DNA of 64,000 nt from an uncultured virus (IMG/VR IMGVR_UViG_3300034102_003702) (IMGVR_UViG_3300034102_003702:1-64000); one strand, 5' to 3'. Shown: positions 1-9,000, counted from the stretch's first letter. Notes: generated from the letters alone by a model not told the origin. Made by a program: numbers and translations.

Positions 1-2
1 AT

Positions 3-470
3 ATGATGGGAGTTGCTGGTATACTGGGTGGAGCACTTCTCTGTGCCATTCATGGAGCAACTGTAGAAAACACTCTATTTGAAGATAGTGAGCAAGCAAA
101 TACATTCAAAGCGTTTGAACCGACCCAGGAAGAAGAAACCTATTCAATGGTTACAGCAAATCGTTTTTGGTCACAGATTTTCGGCATTGCTTTTAGTAAT
201 AAGCGTTGGCTTCATTTTTTCATGCTGTTTGTACCTGTCATGGGGTTATGGACTAGTAGCATTGGTATTATTGGTTTGGCTCTTAATCTTCGTGCTTACG
301 ACTTTGTAAGTCAGGAGATTCGTGCAGCAGAGGACCCTGAGTTTGAAACCTTCTACACGAAGAACATTCTTCTGAATGAAGGTTTACGTGCTTGGATGGC
401 ACCCGCAGATCAACCTCACGAAAACTTTGTGTTTCCTGAGGAAGTTCTTCCTAGAGGAAATGCTCTTTGA
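3..470 (+). CDS. psbD: Photosystem II D2 protein, 3' part (runs off the window start)
   Basis: [31 protein letters not shown] and the C-terminal [10 protein letters not shown] are D2 signatures. Confidence 0.98.
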   Translation: MMGVAGILGGALLCAIHGATVENTLFEDSEQANTFKAFEPTQEEETYSMVTANRFWSQIFGIAFSNKRWLHFFMLFVPVMGLWTSSIGIIGLALNLRAYDFVSQEIRAAEDPEFETFYTKNILLNEGLRAWMAPADQPHENFVFPEEVLPRGNAL

Positions 471-476
471 TTTTAT

Positions 477-498
477 AAGACCCTTCGGGGTCTTTTTT
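477..498 (+). terminator. Intrinsic terminator after psbD
   Basis: AAGACCC-TTCG-GGGTCTT stem-loop followed by a T run. Confidence 0.9.
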
Positions 499-524
499 AT
501 TATGTCTTTAATTCATAACAAAAT

Positions 525-553
525 CTGACACCTTAGAAAGAACTCCGTATAAT
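525..553 (+). promoter_or_regulatory. Sigma70-like promoter upstream of talC
   Basis: CTGACA (525-530), 17 nt spacer, TATAAT (548-553). Confidence 0.6.
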
Positions 554-576
554 TACTTATGAGTTCTTACTTTTTT

Positions 577-1242
577 ATGAAGATCTTTTTAGATACCGCA
601 GATGTTTCAATGATTAGTCCAGCATATGAGACTGGACTATTAGATGGAGTTACTACAAATCCCACTTTGATTCTTAAAAGTGGTAGACAACTTCAAGAAG
701 TTATTGAAGAAATATCAAATTCTTTTTCAAAACTAGAAAGTATTTCTGCAGAAGTTGTTGCTGATACCGCAGAAGAAATGCTTTCCCAAGCACAAAATTA
801 TTACACAATTGCTCCTCCAGTTACAATCAAAGTTCCTTGTACTGTAGAGGGACTTAAGGTTTGTAAGACACTTTCCGATAAAGGAATTAAAGTTAATGTA
901 ACTCTTGTGTTCTCAGTGGCACAGGCAATTCTTGCATCTAAAGCAGGAGCAACATTCATCTCACCTTTCGTTGGTCGTTGGATGGACAATTCTGTAGATG
1001 GAATTGAACTCATCAAAAACATTCGTAAGGCATTTGATTACTCAGGAACATCTACACAAATTCTTGCAGCATCTCTTCGTGATGTAAGGCAGGTAGAACA
1101 ATCTGCTCTTGCTGGTGCTGATGTGGTTACAATTCCTCCCGTTGTATTCTGGGCAATGTATAAGAACATTATGACTGATAAGGGTCTAGAACTTTTTCAG
1201 AAGGATTGGGAATCTGTTTTAGATAAGAAAGATGAAATCTGA
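577..1242 (+). CDS. talC: Transaldolase (TalC/FSA family)
   Basis: MKIFLDTAD, GVTTNPTL, TIKVP (Schiff-base Lys), NVTLVFS, SPFVGR, ILAASLR. Start placed at ATG 577 (ORF open from 559). Confidence 0.96.
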   Translation: MKIFLDTADVSMISPAYETGLLDGVTTNPTLILKSGRQLQEVIEEISNSFSKLESISAEVVADTAEEMLSQAQNYYTIAPPVTIKVPCTVEGLKVCKTLSDKGIKVNVTLVFSVAQAILASKAGATFISPFVGRWMDNSVDGIELIKNIRKAFDYSGTSTQILAASLRDVRQVEQSALAGADVVTIPPVVFWAMYKNIMTDKGLELFQKDWESVLDKKDEI

Positions 1243-1438
1243 AGATCAATGTTGGCATTTTGTGATGTCATCGTTCTCCAGATTGTATGGTGTTAAAAGA
1301 GTTATAAGTGAAGAAAAGTTTCATGAGATTGCACTTCAGTGGTGTGATGATCATAATTATGTTTGTGATATTCATTTAGATAGTTTGTCAAAAGTTGATG
1401 TTTATTTTAGAAAAATTTACGAGGATTGGGAAAAATGA
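1232..1438 (+). CDS. Hypothetical protein
   Basis: 68-aa ORF overlapping the talC stop and the gnd start. Confidence 0.7.
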   Translation: MKSEDQCWHFVMSSFSRLYGVKRVISEEKFHEIALQWCDDHNYVCDIHLDSLSKVDVYFRKIYEDWEK

Positions 1439-2478
1439 GAGTTGGATTGATTGGACTGGGACGAATGGGTGAAGGTATGTCCCGTCGTATGATGAAGGCA
1501 GGAATAGAAGTTTGGGGTTATCGTAGGAACTATGAAAAAGCGCAAGAAGCATACGAAAACGGATATGTTAACGGTGTTACAACTTCTATACAAAGCCTTG
1601 CTCAAGTAGTAAAACATACTCAGAGCGGAGTATCAGACAAATATGGTCCAGGCATCTTCATGATGGTTGTGCCTGCAGAAACAGTAGAGGAGACAATCAA
1701 TGAGTTACTACGATATTGTGACGAAGGAGATATTATTATTGATCATGGCAATAGCAATTTTAAGGACAGTCGGAAGAGAGCAGAACGCTTGGCAAAACTT
1801 GGTATCCAATATATTGATTGTGGCACTAGCGGTGGTGTTTATGGTTTGGATCGTGGATACTGTCTTATGGTTGGAGGTGGAAATACTGCAGTCTCCACTT
1901 GTTCGCGCATTTTTGACGCACTCTCCCCAGGAATCAATGCTGCCCCCAGGACTCAGTTTGACTCAGACATAACTTCTGCTGAATATGGATGGTTGCATTG
2001 TGGTGGTCCAGGTGCAGGACACTTTGTAAAGATGGTGCATAATGGTATTGAGTATGGTATTATGCAAGCATACGCAGAAGGATTTAACATCATCAAGAAC
2101 GCTAATGCAGGTGCTCAGTATGTTAGAGAAGGTGATGCAGAGGTTGCCCCTATGGCAGACCCAGAATCCTATTGCTATGATATTGATGTTGCTGAGGTTG
2201 CTGAGTTATGGCGTCGTGGTAGCGTGGTTGGGTCTTGGTTACTTGACCTTACTGCTGATGTGCTACGCAGGGATGGTAGCCTTAAACAGTTCTCTGGAGG
2301 CGTATCCGACAGCGGTGAGGGTCGTTGGACTGTTTCTGCCGCTGTGGATTTGGGGGTTCCCGCTCCTGTCATTACTACTGCACTATTTGAAAGATTTAAC
2401 TCACGCAATCTCGGATCCTTCGGAGCAAAAATCCTGAACGGAATGCGTTATATGTTTGGAGGACACCACGTTAGGTGA
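1435..2478 (+). CDS. gnd: 6-phosphogluconate dehydrogenase (short, decarboxylating type)
   Basis: GLIGLGRMG dinucleotide fold, IIDHGNS, DCGTSGG, GAGHFVKMVHNGIEYG, SDSGEGRW, MRYMFGGH. Confidence 0.96.
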   Translation: MRVGLIGLGRMGEGMSRRMMKAGIEVWGYRRNYEKAQEAYENGYVNGVTTSIQSLAQVVKHTQSGVSDKYGPGIFMMVVPAETVEETINELLRYCDEGDIIIDHGNSNFKDSRKRAERLAKLGIQYIDCGTSGGVYGLDRGYCLMVGGGNTAVSTCSRIFDALSPGINAAPRTQFDSDITSAEYGWLHCGGPGAGHFVKMVHNGIEYGIMQAYAEGFNIIKNANAGAQYVREGDAEVAPMADPESYCYDIDVAEVAELWRRGSVVGSWLLDLTADVLRRDGSLKQFSGGVSDSGEGRWTVSAAVDLGVPAPVITTALFERFNSRNLGSFGAKILNGMRYMFGGHHVR

Positions 2479-2486
2479 AATAAATA
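2479..2486 (+). promoter_or_regulatory. T4-type late promoter upstream of the HNH gene
   Basis: AATAAATA immediately after the gnd stop, about 20 nt before ATG 2507. Confidence 0.55.
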
Positions 2487-2506
2487 TTCACAAGTCGCAG
2501 GTACTT

Positions 2507-2878
2507 ATGGATATTCTCCAGTCGCCTCAAGAATACTTGTTTAATTTGCAGACAACAAGTTCATCTGAAGCAAAACGATTATGGAGAAAACACATAAAAG
2601 AAAGTTGGAATCATAAATGTGCTTACTGCAACTCTGAAGAAAATCTAACATTAGACCACGTTGTTCCACAATCAAAAGGTGGTTTAGATATTACAAGAAA
2701 TGTGGTATGCTGTTGTCATTCTTGCAATCAATCCAAAGGACATGAATATTGGAAGTTGTGGTATGTCCAACAAGACTTCTATAATGAAGATAGTTTGGAT
2801 AAAATAGAGGACTGGATGAAACCACCAAAACCCACAAATCTTTATAGTTATCGCCCAAGAAGGAATAATGCTTCATGA
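2507..2878 (+). CDS. HNH endonuclease
   Basis: CAYC...LTLDHVVPQSKGG...NVVCCCHSCNQSKG zinc-bound HNH motif. Confidence 0.92.
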   Translation: MDILQSPQEYLFNLQTTSSSEAKRLWRKHIKESWNHKCAYCNSEENLTLDHVVPQSKGGLDITRNVVCCCHSCNQSKGHEYWKLWYVQQDFYNEDSLDKIEDWMKPPKPTNLYSYRPRRNNAS

Positions 2879-3018
2879 TAAATTCAACAACTCCATACAA
2901 ACTCGCAGAAATTATTAGAGACACTTGGCCTGGTCTTTACAATATGCCAAAAAAGACCTATAATGAGAAGCCACCATCTACATCAAATGAATCAGATACA
3001 AAAACTTCAACAGATTGA
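2875..3018 (+). CDS. Small hypothetical protein (47 aa, not in ORF track)
   Basis: ATGA overlap with the HNH stop; reads MINSTTPYKLAEIIRDTWPGLY... Confidence 0.5.
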   Translation: MINSTTPYKLAEIIRDTWPGLYNMPKKTYNEKPPSTSNESDTKTSTD

Positions 3019-3250
3019 ATATACTGATCACTATTCAGTCTTTGATAGGAATGGTAAGAAAATTTGTGATACTGCAACAATTCATGATGCCATGCTGATG
3101 GTATCTTTTGCAGAGGGGAGGACTTACAAGCAAGTTAAAATTCTTCTTGATCAAGTTGTAAATATTCCATCAACAAGAATGGAAGATGATAAACAACTTG
3201 AAGCACAAAATGTTTTGCCCGAAAGTATGGCAGAACCTGTAATCGTATAA
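2963..3250 (+). CDS. Hypothetical protein (start may be ATG 2987)
   Basis: Co-directional ORF filling the space before glutaredoxin. Confidence 0.65.
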   Translation: MRSHHLHQMNQIQKLQQIEYTDHYSVFDRNGKKICDTATIHDAMLMVSFAEGRTYKQVKILLDQVVNIPSTRMEDDKQLEAQNVLPESMAEPVIV

Positions 3251-3273
3251 ATTATCTTATATACTTAACAATC

Positions 3274-3513
3274 ATGAAATTTACAGTTTATTCAAAAGAC
3301 GGTTGCCCCTATTGCAGCAAAATTAAGCAGGTGTTAGAGTTGGCAAATCTTGAGCATGTAGTTTATACCCTAGGGACTAATTTTGATCGTGAAGGATTTT
3401 ATTCTGAATTTGGAGAAGGTTCTACATTTCCTCAAGTTATCCTGAATGATCAAACACATCTTGGTGGATGTACAGACACTGTTCAATATCTTAAGGAGCA
3501 AAATCTAGTCTAA
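3274..3513 (+). CDS. nrdC: Glutaredoxin (T4 NrdC-like)
   Basis: CPYC active site, TFPQV cis-Pro motif, GGC. Confidence 0.92.
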   Translation: MKFTVYSKDGCPYCSKIKQVLELANLEHVVYTLGTNFDREGFYSEFGEGSTFPQVILNDQTHLGGCTDTVQYLKEQNLV

Positions 3514-3872
3514 TGGAATCTACTTTTCACGAAGTTTATTTTGATGTTGAAAAGGCAATCGATCTTGCTTTCAATGGACAATTTGTTTTGAAGTTTTATG
3601 ATTACTTAAAAATTCGTGGAACACTTAGGCGTGAGGTAGAAGAGTTTATTGAAAGTGCCACCGCAAGTGAGATTAGTAATCTTGTTATGGATCTGGACGA
3701 ATACCTAGAAGGTGGTGCTGATGAAATACATAAACAATTGCGTGAAGGTTATGGTCATATTCCAAAACCGCAAGCAAGAAAGATAAGAAATTATCTTTAT
3801 GCAATTCTTGAAGACGCTTGGAAATATAATTATGATAAACGACCGGGAAGAAGGAAAAAACAAACTAAATAA
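3513..3872 (+). CDS. Hypothetical cyanophage protein
   Basis: TAATG coupling to glutaredoxin; 119 aa. Confidence 0.8.
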   Translation: MESTFHEVYFDVEKAIDLAFNGQFVLKFYDYLKIRGTLRREVEEFIESATASEISNLVMDLDEYLEGGADEIHKQLREGYGHIPKPQARKIRNYLYAILEDAWKYNYDKRPGRRKKQTK

Positions 3873-4041
3873 ACCAGAACCCCAGATTAATCGGGGTGTT
3901 GAACTGTTACTTAGGAATAGGAGGAAGAGAGAGTCATCAAAGCCAAAAACTTTTCAAGTGAAGTTTGGTAAAATGATTTCTCTCTTTCGTAGAGAGTTTC
4001 ATTTCTTCATTGAATTTCACTTCGATATTAGAAAAAAATAA
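3799..4041 (+). CDS. Small basic hypothetical protein (start uncertain)
   Basis: ORF fills the gap between neighbouring genes. Confidence 0.55.
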   Translation: MQFLKTLGNIIMINDREEGKNKLNKPEPQINRGVELLLRNRRKRESSKPKTFQVKFGKMISLFRREFHFFIEFHFDIRKK

Positions 4042-4059
4042 CTCTCTGGAGAAAGAAAA

Positions 4060-4290
4060 ATGTTAGCAGTAACTCTAACCATCGGCACATTAGTTTCAAT
4101 AATGTTCTTTTTTGTTGGTGGTATGTTAGGATGGATGGCAAAGCAACATTTCTATGAAAGAAATTATATTGCTTCACTAAACACACATCCAGAGATGTTT
4201 GATGAAAATGGGAATATTATTCCTGATGAAATTTTAGCAGTACGATTTGAGAATGACTATGACTACGACGAAGACGAAGAAGACGACTGA
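4060..4290 (+). CDS. Small membrane protein with acidic tail
   Basis: N-terminal hydrophobic helix; GGAGA upstream of the start. Confidence 0.75.
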   Translation: MLAVTLTIGTLVSIMFFFVGGMLGWMAKQHFYERNYIASLNTHPEMFDENGNIIPDEILAVRFENDYDYDEDEEDD

Positions 4291-4825
4291 AAAACCTATT
4301 GACAGTCTTCCTTCCAATCCATTTGTTTTTGAAATTCTAGAACTTGCTTCTAAGCAACGTTCTACAGAAAAGAAAATTGAGGTTCTTAAAACCTACGAAC
4401 ACGATTCTCTTAAGACTATTTTTATTTGGAATTTTGATGATACTGTAATCTCTCTTCTTCCTGAAGGAGATGTTCCTTATGGAGACCTAAAGGATCAGAA
4501 TGTATATTCTGGAACTCTGTCACAAAATCTATCTAGAGAAGCAGTTGGTGGCGAATCTGCTACTGGACAAGATTTAGATGGTAGGGGACGCACTTCTTTG
4601 CGTAAAGAATATCAAAATCTTTATCACTATGTAAAGGGTGGTAATAATACACTTTCTACTATTCGTAGAGAGATGATGTTTATCAATCTTCTTCAGGGTC
4701 TTCATCCGAAAGAAGCAGAACTTTTGATTCTTGTTAAAGATGGAAGACTTGTTGATAAATATAAAATCAATCATGAAATTGTAAAGAGTGCATATCCTGA
4801 AATTACTTGGGGTGGTCGTTCGTGA
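4253..4825 (+). CDS. Hypothetical T4-like phage protein
   Basis: About 190-aa ORF; LPEGDVPY and REMMFINLLQGLHPKEAE resemble a T4-like cyanophage core hypothetical. Confidence 0.8.
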   Translation: MTMTTTKTKKTTEKPIDSLPSNPFVFEILELASKQRSTEKKIEVLKTYEHDSLKTIFIWNFDDTVISLLPEGDVPYGDLKDQNVYSGTLSQNLSREAVGGESATGQDLDGRGRTSLRKEYQNLYHYVKGGNNTLSTIRREMMFINLLQGLHPKEAELLILVKDGRLVDKYKINHEIVKSAYPEITWGGRS

Positions 4826-5175
4826 GCAGACTTCGTAATGTTGTAAGAAATGAACAGGAGGAGCAACAATTGGATAAGGTAAATGAAAATTATATTGTTC
4901 CTTCTCAGTATGGTTGTGAGATTCTTTTAGAAAAAACTGCAATTGAAAAAACAAAAGATGCTTCTTTTCCCAGCGATGCATATCTAGTTTGGTATGTTGT
5001 TGATGGTAAAGAATGTATTGATCTTTGTCGTGCAGCGAAAAAAGTAAGTCTTTTTGATATGTACTATGACAAATATGGTCCAGGTTCTATTCAAAAAATT
5101 GACTTTGGTTATGGAAGAGTTAATCCCAAACTATGGGGTTACAAAGCACCTGAAGAAAAAAAGAAAAGAAAATGA
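4822..5175 (+). CDS. Hypothetical protein
   Basis: GTGA overlap with the upstream stop; ORF open from 4807. Confidence 0.75.
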   Translation: MSRLRNVVRNEQEEQQLDKVNENYIVPSQYGCEILLEKTAIEKTKDASFPSDAYLVWYVVDGKECIDLCRAAKKVSLFDMYYDKYGPGSIQKIDFGYGRVNPKLWGYKAPEEKKKRK

Positions 5176-5357
5176 GTGAAGGTTTTAGTGAAGAAAAGAT
5201 TGAAGTATCAATCTATAAAGATGAAGTTAAAAAATTACTGAAGAAGTATAAAAAAGTCAAAAAATATATGAAGTCTCCTCTGTTTACAGTTAGGACTATG
5301 GATGGAACTGAGACATATGTGAGTGAACTAATTAAAGAAGCAGAGGAGAATCCATAG
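5172..5357 (+). CDS. Hypothetical protein
   Basis: 61 aa; ATGA overlap with the upstream stop. Confidence 0.65.
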   Translation: MSEGFSEEKIEVSIYKDEVKKLLKKYKKVKKYMKSPLFTVRTMDGTETYVSELIKEAEENP

Positions 5358-5361
5358 TCTG

Positions 5362-5688
5362 ATGGGGAAGCATTACTTACTTAACTTGTACGGATGCTCG
5401 TTTGTCCTTTTGGATAACGAGCGTTGTCTTATAGACTTACTAGAAAACGCAGCAGTTGCAAGCGGTGCTACTGTGATTCAGACTATCTCAAAGAAGTTTG
5501 AACCACAAGGAGTCACCGTTATTTGTTTGCTTTCAGAAAGTCATATCTCAATTCATACTTGGCCTGAAGAAGGTAAAGCAGCAGTTGATGTCTACACTTG
5601 TGGTGATTGCAATCCTAAGATTGGTTGTGACATCATTATCCAACAACTTTATGCTCAGAATCATACTCTGAGTTATATTGAACGCTAA
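5362..5688 (+). CDS. speD: S-adenosylmethionine decarboxylase proenzyme
   Basis: GKH start, FEPQGVT, LSE/SHISIHTWPE pyruvoyl cleavage motif, DVYTCG. Confidence 0.95.
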   Translation: MGKHYLLNLYGCSFVLLDNERCLIDLLENAAVASGATVIQTISKKFEPQGVTVICLLSESHISIHTWPEEGKAAVDVYTCGDCNPKIGCDIIIQQLYAQNHTLSYIER

Positions 5689-5717
5689 AATAAATAACAC
5701 TATATCTGGTAAAGTTT

Positions 5718-6038
5718 ATGCTCTCTACACAATATCGTCTTCGACTTGAAGCAATATGTGAACGAATTGTAAAAGGTGAATCGGTAGAATTAAGTGAGAT
5801 GATCTGGGCAGAGAAACTTGCTCAGGCAAATAGAAGTGCTGGCACACTGCTTCGTCAGGCAAGACGTAAAGCAGAAAATCCTGATATGCAAGAAGGTGGA
5901 TTAGATGATTTTTTGAACCAACTTGATATTGGTGGAATTGGTCATGAGTCCAAAGGAGTATCTGGATTTAATACAGTTGATGATATTATAGATTTCTTCA
6001 CTGAAGATAAACCAGATGACTGGAGACAAAGAGATTGA
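5718..6038 (+). CDS. Hypothetical cyanophage protein
   Basis: 106-aa ORF preceded by an AATAAATA late-promoter-like motif. Confidence 0.8.
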   Translation: MLSTQYRLRLEAICERIVKGESVELSEMIWAEKLAQANRSAGTLLRQARRKAENPDMQEGGLDDFLNQLDIGGIGHESKGVSGFNTVDDIIDFFTEDKPDDWRQRD

Positions 6039-6041
6039 GAA

Positions 6042-6071
6042 AGAGGGGTACTTGACTACCCCTCTTTTTTT
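6042..6071 (+). terminator. Intrinsic terminator overlapping a promoter
   Basis: AGAGGGGTA-CTTGAC-TACCCCTCT stem-loop followed by a T run. Confidence 0.85.
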
Positions 6072-6080
6072 GTGTATAAT
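6052..6080 (+). promoter_or_regulatory. Sigma70-like promoter
   Basis: TTGACT (6052-6057), 17 nt spacer, TATAAT (6075-6080). Confidence 0.75.
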
Positions 6081-6103
6081 TACCTTTGTCCGGGTTGATA
6101 TGA

Positions 6104-6277
6104 ATGGATCAAGAAAAGCTTAAGTTAATTGTACAAAATCTTGAATCTCTGGTAGAATGTCTTAAGTCAGAGATTTGTTCTGATGTAGATGTAGATGAAT
6201 ATAAACCTCTACCATACGAACAGATTTCTCAGTACATTGCAGATTACGACGAAGTATTTTATGACGATGAAGTTTGA
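6104..6277 (+). CDS. Small acidic hypothetical protein (57 aa, not in ORF track)
   Basis: MDQEKLKLIVQNLESLVECLKSE...DDEV, directly downstream of the promoter. Confidence 0.65.
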   Translation: MDQEKLKLIVQNLESLVECLKSEICSDVDVDEYKPLPYEQISQYIADYDEVFYDDEV

Positions 6278-6290
6278 AGACTACGAACTT

Positions 6291-6980
6291 ATGAAACCAG
6301 AAGTAAAACTAATTAGTGTTACTCCTGATGCAGAGAAGCACATGGCATATTGTGCTCGTGTAAGTAATCCAAACAATCAAGAGAATGATAATTTCTCTGG
6401 ATTACTTAAGTATTGTATTAAGCACCAACACTGGAGTATTTTTGAACAGGCAACAATGACTGTTGAGATTAATACGACTCGTGGTATTGCAGCTCAGATA
6501 CTGCGACACAGGTCATTTACATTTCAGGAGTTTTCTCAACGATATGCAGATACGAATCTGCTTGGTGGAACTATTCCTCTACCAGAACTTCGTCGTCAGG
6601 ATACAAAGAATCGCCAGAACTCAATTAATGATATGGGCGATTATCTGAAACTGACATTGCTTGAAGATATTAGGATTCATTTTGCTGCTGCTCAGAGACT
6701 CTATGACCGCCTCCTAGAGGCAGGAGTGGCAAAGGAGTGTGCAAGGTTCGTCCTGCCTCTTGCAACGCCTACACGCCTCTATATGACGGGTTCTGTGAGG
6801 TCCTGGATTCACTATATCGACCTTCGCTCAGCACACGGTACTCAGAAAGAACATAAGGATATTGCAGAAGCAATTCGTTGCCTCTTTACTTGTCAGTTTC
6901 CTGCTGTATCTTCTGCACTTGAATGGACTCGTGAAGGTTGTACAGAATGTGTGGATGCACCCTCTATTTGCATAGAATAA
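6291..6980 (+). CDS. thyX: Flavin-dependent thymidylate synthase (start may be 6261)
   Basis: HWSIFE, QILRHRSFTFQEFSQRY ThyX motif, ECARFVLP. Confidence 0.96.
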   Translation: MKPEVKLISVTPDAEKHMAYCARVSNPNNQENDNFSGLLKYCIKHQHWSIFEQATMTVEINTTRGIAAQILRHRSFTFQEFSQRYADTNLLGGTIPLPELRRQDTKNRQNSINDMGDYLKLTLLEDIRIHFAAAQRLYDRLLEAGVAKECARFVLPLATPTRLYMTGSVRSWIHYIDLRSAHGTQKEHKDIAEAIRCLFTCQFPAVSSALEWTREGCTECVDAPSICIE

Positions 6981-7009
6981 ATACCCTTACATACTATGGA
7001 GTAATAAAG

Positions 7010-7258
7010 TTGGCAACTTATCCTGTTATTAATAAAGAAACTGGTGAACAAAAAGATGTTGTAATGAGTGTTCATGATTGGGATCAATGGAAAAAGGACA
7101 ATCCAGAGTGGGATAGAGATTGGTCTGATCCATCTACTTGCCCAAGTTCAGGAGAACTGGGAGAAGTTTATGATAGACTGAAGAAATCCCATCCAGGCTG
7201 GAATGATGTTCTTCATAGAGCATCAAAGGTTCCTGGTTCAAAAGTAAAATCTATCTGA
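7010..7258 (+). CDS. Hypothetical T4-like protein (TTG start)
   Basis: GGAG at 6998-7001 before TTG 7010; AATAAATA at 6976-6983. Confidence 0.75.
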   Translation: MATYPVINKETGEQKDVVMSVHDWDQWKKDNPEWDRDWSDPSTCPSSGELGEVYDRLKKSHPGWNDVLHRASKVPGSKVKSI

Positions 7259-7266
7259 CTCTTATT

Positions 7267-8019
7267 ATGGCAAGAAAAAATACTCCCAAGAATCCAGTTC
7301 CTTTTGGTATGAGTAATAGGCAAATGAAAAGGAAAAAACCAATTAGTCTTGATATTATAAGAGATATTGAACCTCTCACAGATAATCAAGAAGCACTATT
7401 TAAGTCTTATAAGTTAGAACAAAATATTGTTGCTTATGGATGTGCTGGTACAGGTAAGACATTTATTACCTTGTATAATGCTCTAAAAGATGTTCTTGAT
7501 GAAAAAACTCCTTATGAGAAAATCTATATTGTAAGGTCTCTTGTTGCAACTCGTGAGATTGGTTTCCTTCCTGGAGACCATGAAGATAAGTCTTCTCTTT
7601 ACCAAATTCCCTATAAGAATATGGTGAAGTATATGTTTGAGTTGCCTGATGAAGCATCGTTCGAAATGCTATATGGAAACCTCAAAACTCAAGGAACGAT
7701 TAGTTTTTGGAGTACTTCTTTTATTAGGGGAACTACTCTGGACAATGCAATCATTATTGTAGATGAGTTTCAGAATCTAAACTTTCACGAACTTGATAGT
7801 ATCATTACTCGTGTTGGTGAAAATTCTAAGATTATGTTCTGTGGTGATGCCACTCAATCTGACTTAGTTAAAACAAACGAAAAGAATGGTATTATTGATT
7901 TTATGAAGATTCTCCGTGTAATGCCTTCAATTGATATTGTTGAATTTGGTGTAGGAGATATTGTCCGCTCTGGATTTGTTAAAGAGTATATTATTGCAAA
8001 AATGGAATCTGGTCTATGA
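7267..8019 (+). CDS. phoH: PhoH-like ATPase
   Basis: GCAGTGKT Walker A, IGFLPG, IRGTT, IIVDEFQN, GDATQSD. Confidence 0.95.
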   Translation: MARKNTPKNPVPFGMSNRQMKRKKPISLDIIRDIEPLTDNQEALFKSYKLEQNIVAYGCAGTGKTFITLYNALKDVLDEKTPYEKIYIVRSLVATREIGFLPGDHEDKSSLYQIPYKNMVKYMFELPDEASFEMLYGNLKTQGTISFWSTSFIRGTTLDNAIIIVDEFQNLNFHELDSIITRVGENSKIMFCGDATQSDLVKTNEKNGIIDFMKILRVMPSIDIVEFGVGDIVRSGFVKEYIIAKMESGL

Positions 8020-8696
8020 GTTTTATTCATCATAATTATCTGGGTGACATTGAACTAGAATGTAAAACTACAGAAAGCATCCGTCTCTATAACCTACCCA
8101 ATGGAGAATGGGTGCCTTCTATTACTTCTGTAACTTCTTTTTATAACAAGGACATCTTTGTTAAGTGGAGACAAAGAGTTGGTCTTGAAGAAGCAAACCG
8201 TATTACTAAAAGAGCAACTGCAAGAGGAACAGATTTTCACCAAGTCTGTCAGGATTATTTGGAAAACAAGGAATTGGATTGGAACAATTACCAACCAATG
8301 ACAAAGATTATGTTCATTCATGCTAAGCCTTATCTTGATAAGATAAATAATATTCATGCAATTGAAAGGACTTTATACTCAGAATATTTTGGACTCGCTG
8401 GAAGAGTTGATTGTATTGCTGAATATGAAGGAGAACTTGCAGTTATAGACTTTAAGACATCGGATAAGATTAAACCTGAAGAGTGGATTGAAAATTACTT
8501 TGTTCAAGAAACATTTTATGCTGCTGCCTATTACGAACTAACGGATATTGCTCCAGTTAAATTGATTACTTTAATGGTTACTCCTAGTGGTGAAGTTAAA
8601 GTATTTGACAAAAGGAACAAAGGCGATTATATTAAGTTATTAGTTCGGTATATCAAAAAATTTGTACATCACAATACTGGGTCAGATGGAGAATGA
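8016..8696 (+). CDS. PD-(D/E)xK exonuclease
   Basis: PSITSV, RGTDFH, AGRVDCIAE...VIDFKTS. Confidence 0.88.
   Translation: MSFIHHNYLGDIELECKTTESIRLYNLPNGEWVPSITSVTSFYNKDIFVKWRQRVGLEEANRITKRATARGTDFHQVCQDYLENKELDWNNYQPMTKIMFIHAKPYLDKINNIHAIERTLYSEYFGLAGRVDCIAEYEGELAVIDFKTSDKIKPEEWIENYFVQETFYAAAYYELTDIAPVKLITLMVTPSGEVKVFDKRNKGDYIKLLVRYIKKFVHHNTGSDGE
8605..8633 (+). promoter_or_regulatory. Sigma70-like promoter inside the exonuclease gene, upstream of gp33
   Basis: TTGACA, 17 nt spacer, TATATT. Confidence 0.5.
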
Positions 8697-8943
8697 ACTA
8701 GAAAAGGTACTGGAAAGTAAATTCTTTTGCCCGTCAAGATTCGCTCAAGAGATTGAAAATCTTGTTCAAATTAATGGGGATATGAGTTACATTGATGCAA
8801 TCATTCACTTTTGTGAACTGAATAGTATTGATGTGGAGTCAGTCCCTAAACTTATTTCTAAACCTCTTAAGGAAAAGATTAAGTACGAAGCAATGGAACT
8901 TAATTTTCTCAAGAGAAGTTCCAGGGCAAAATTACCCCTCTAA
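8686..8943 (+). CDS. gp33: Late transcription coactivator gp33
   Basis: SYIDAIIHFCE...PKLISKPLKEKIKYEAMELNFL; position before gp59. Confidence 0.9.
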   Translation: MENELEKVLESKFFCPSRFAQEIENLVQINGDMSYIDAIIHFCELNSIDVESVPKLISKPLKEKIKYEAMELNFLKRSSRAKLPL

Positions 8944-9000
8944 TTCATTTTAGGGGCGAAATTTTTCCCGGCAAAAAATCACTATATTACTTTTTTAATG
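8944..9000 (+). repeat. Intergenic motif, copy 1 (similar to 30392-30451)
   Basis: TTCATTTT-AGGGG-CGAAATTTTT-CCCGG-CAAAAAA-TCAC...TACTTTTTT-AATG. Confidence 0.6.

Noticed and set aside
3..470. Group I intron in psbD
   Set aside because: The visible part of the reading frame is continuous D2 sequence through to the stop codon.
8016..8696. Cas4 or CRISPR adaptation gene
   Set aside because: Lacks the Cas4 four-Cys cluster pattern and lies in the usual phoH-exonuclease-gp33 context.
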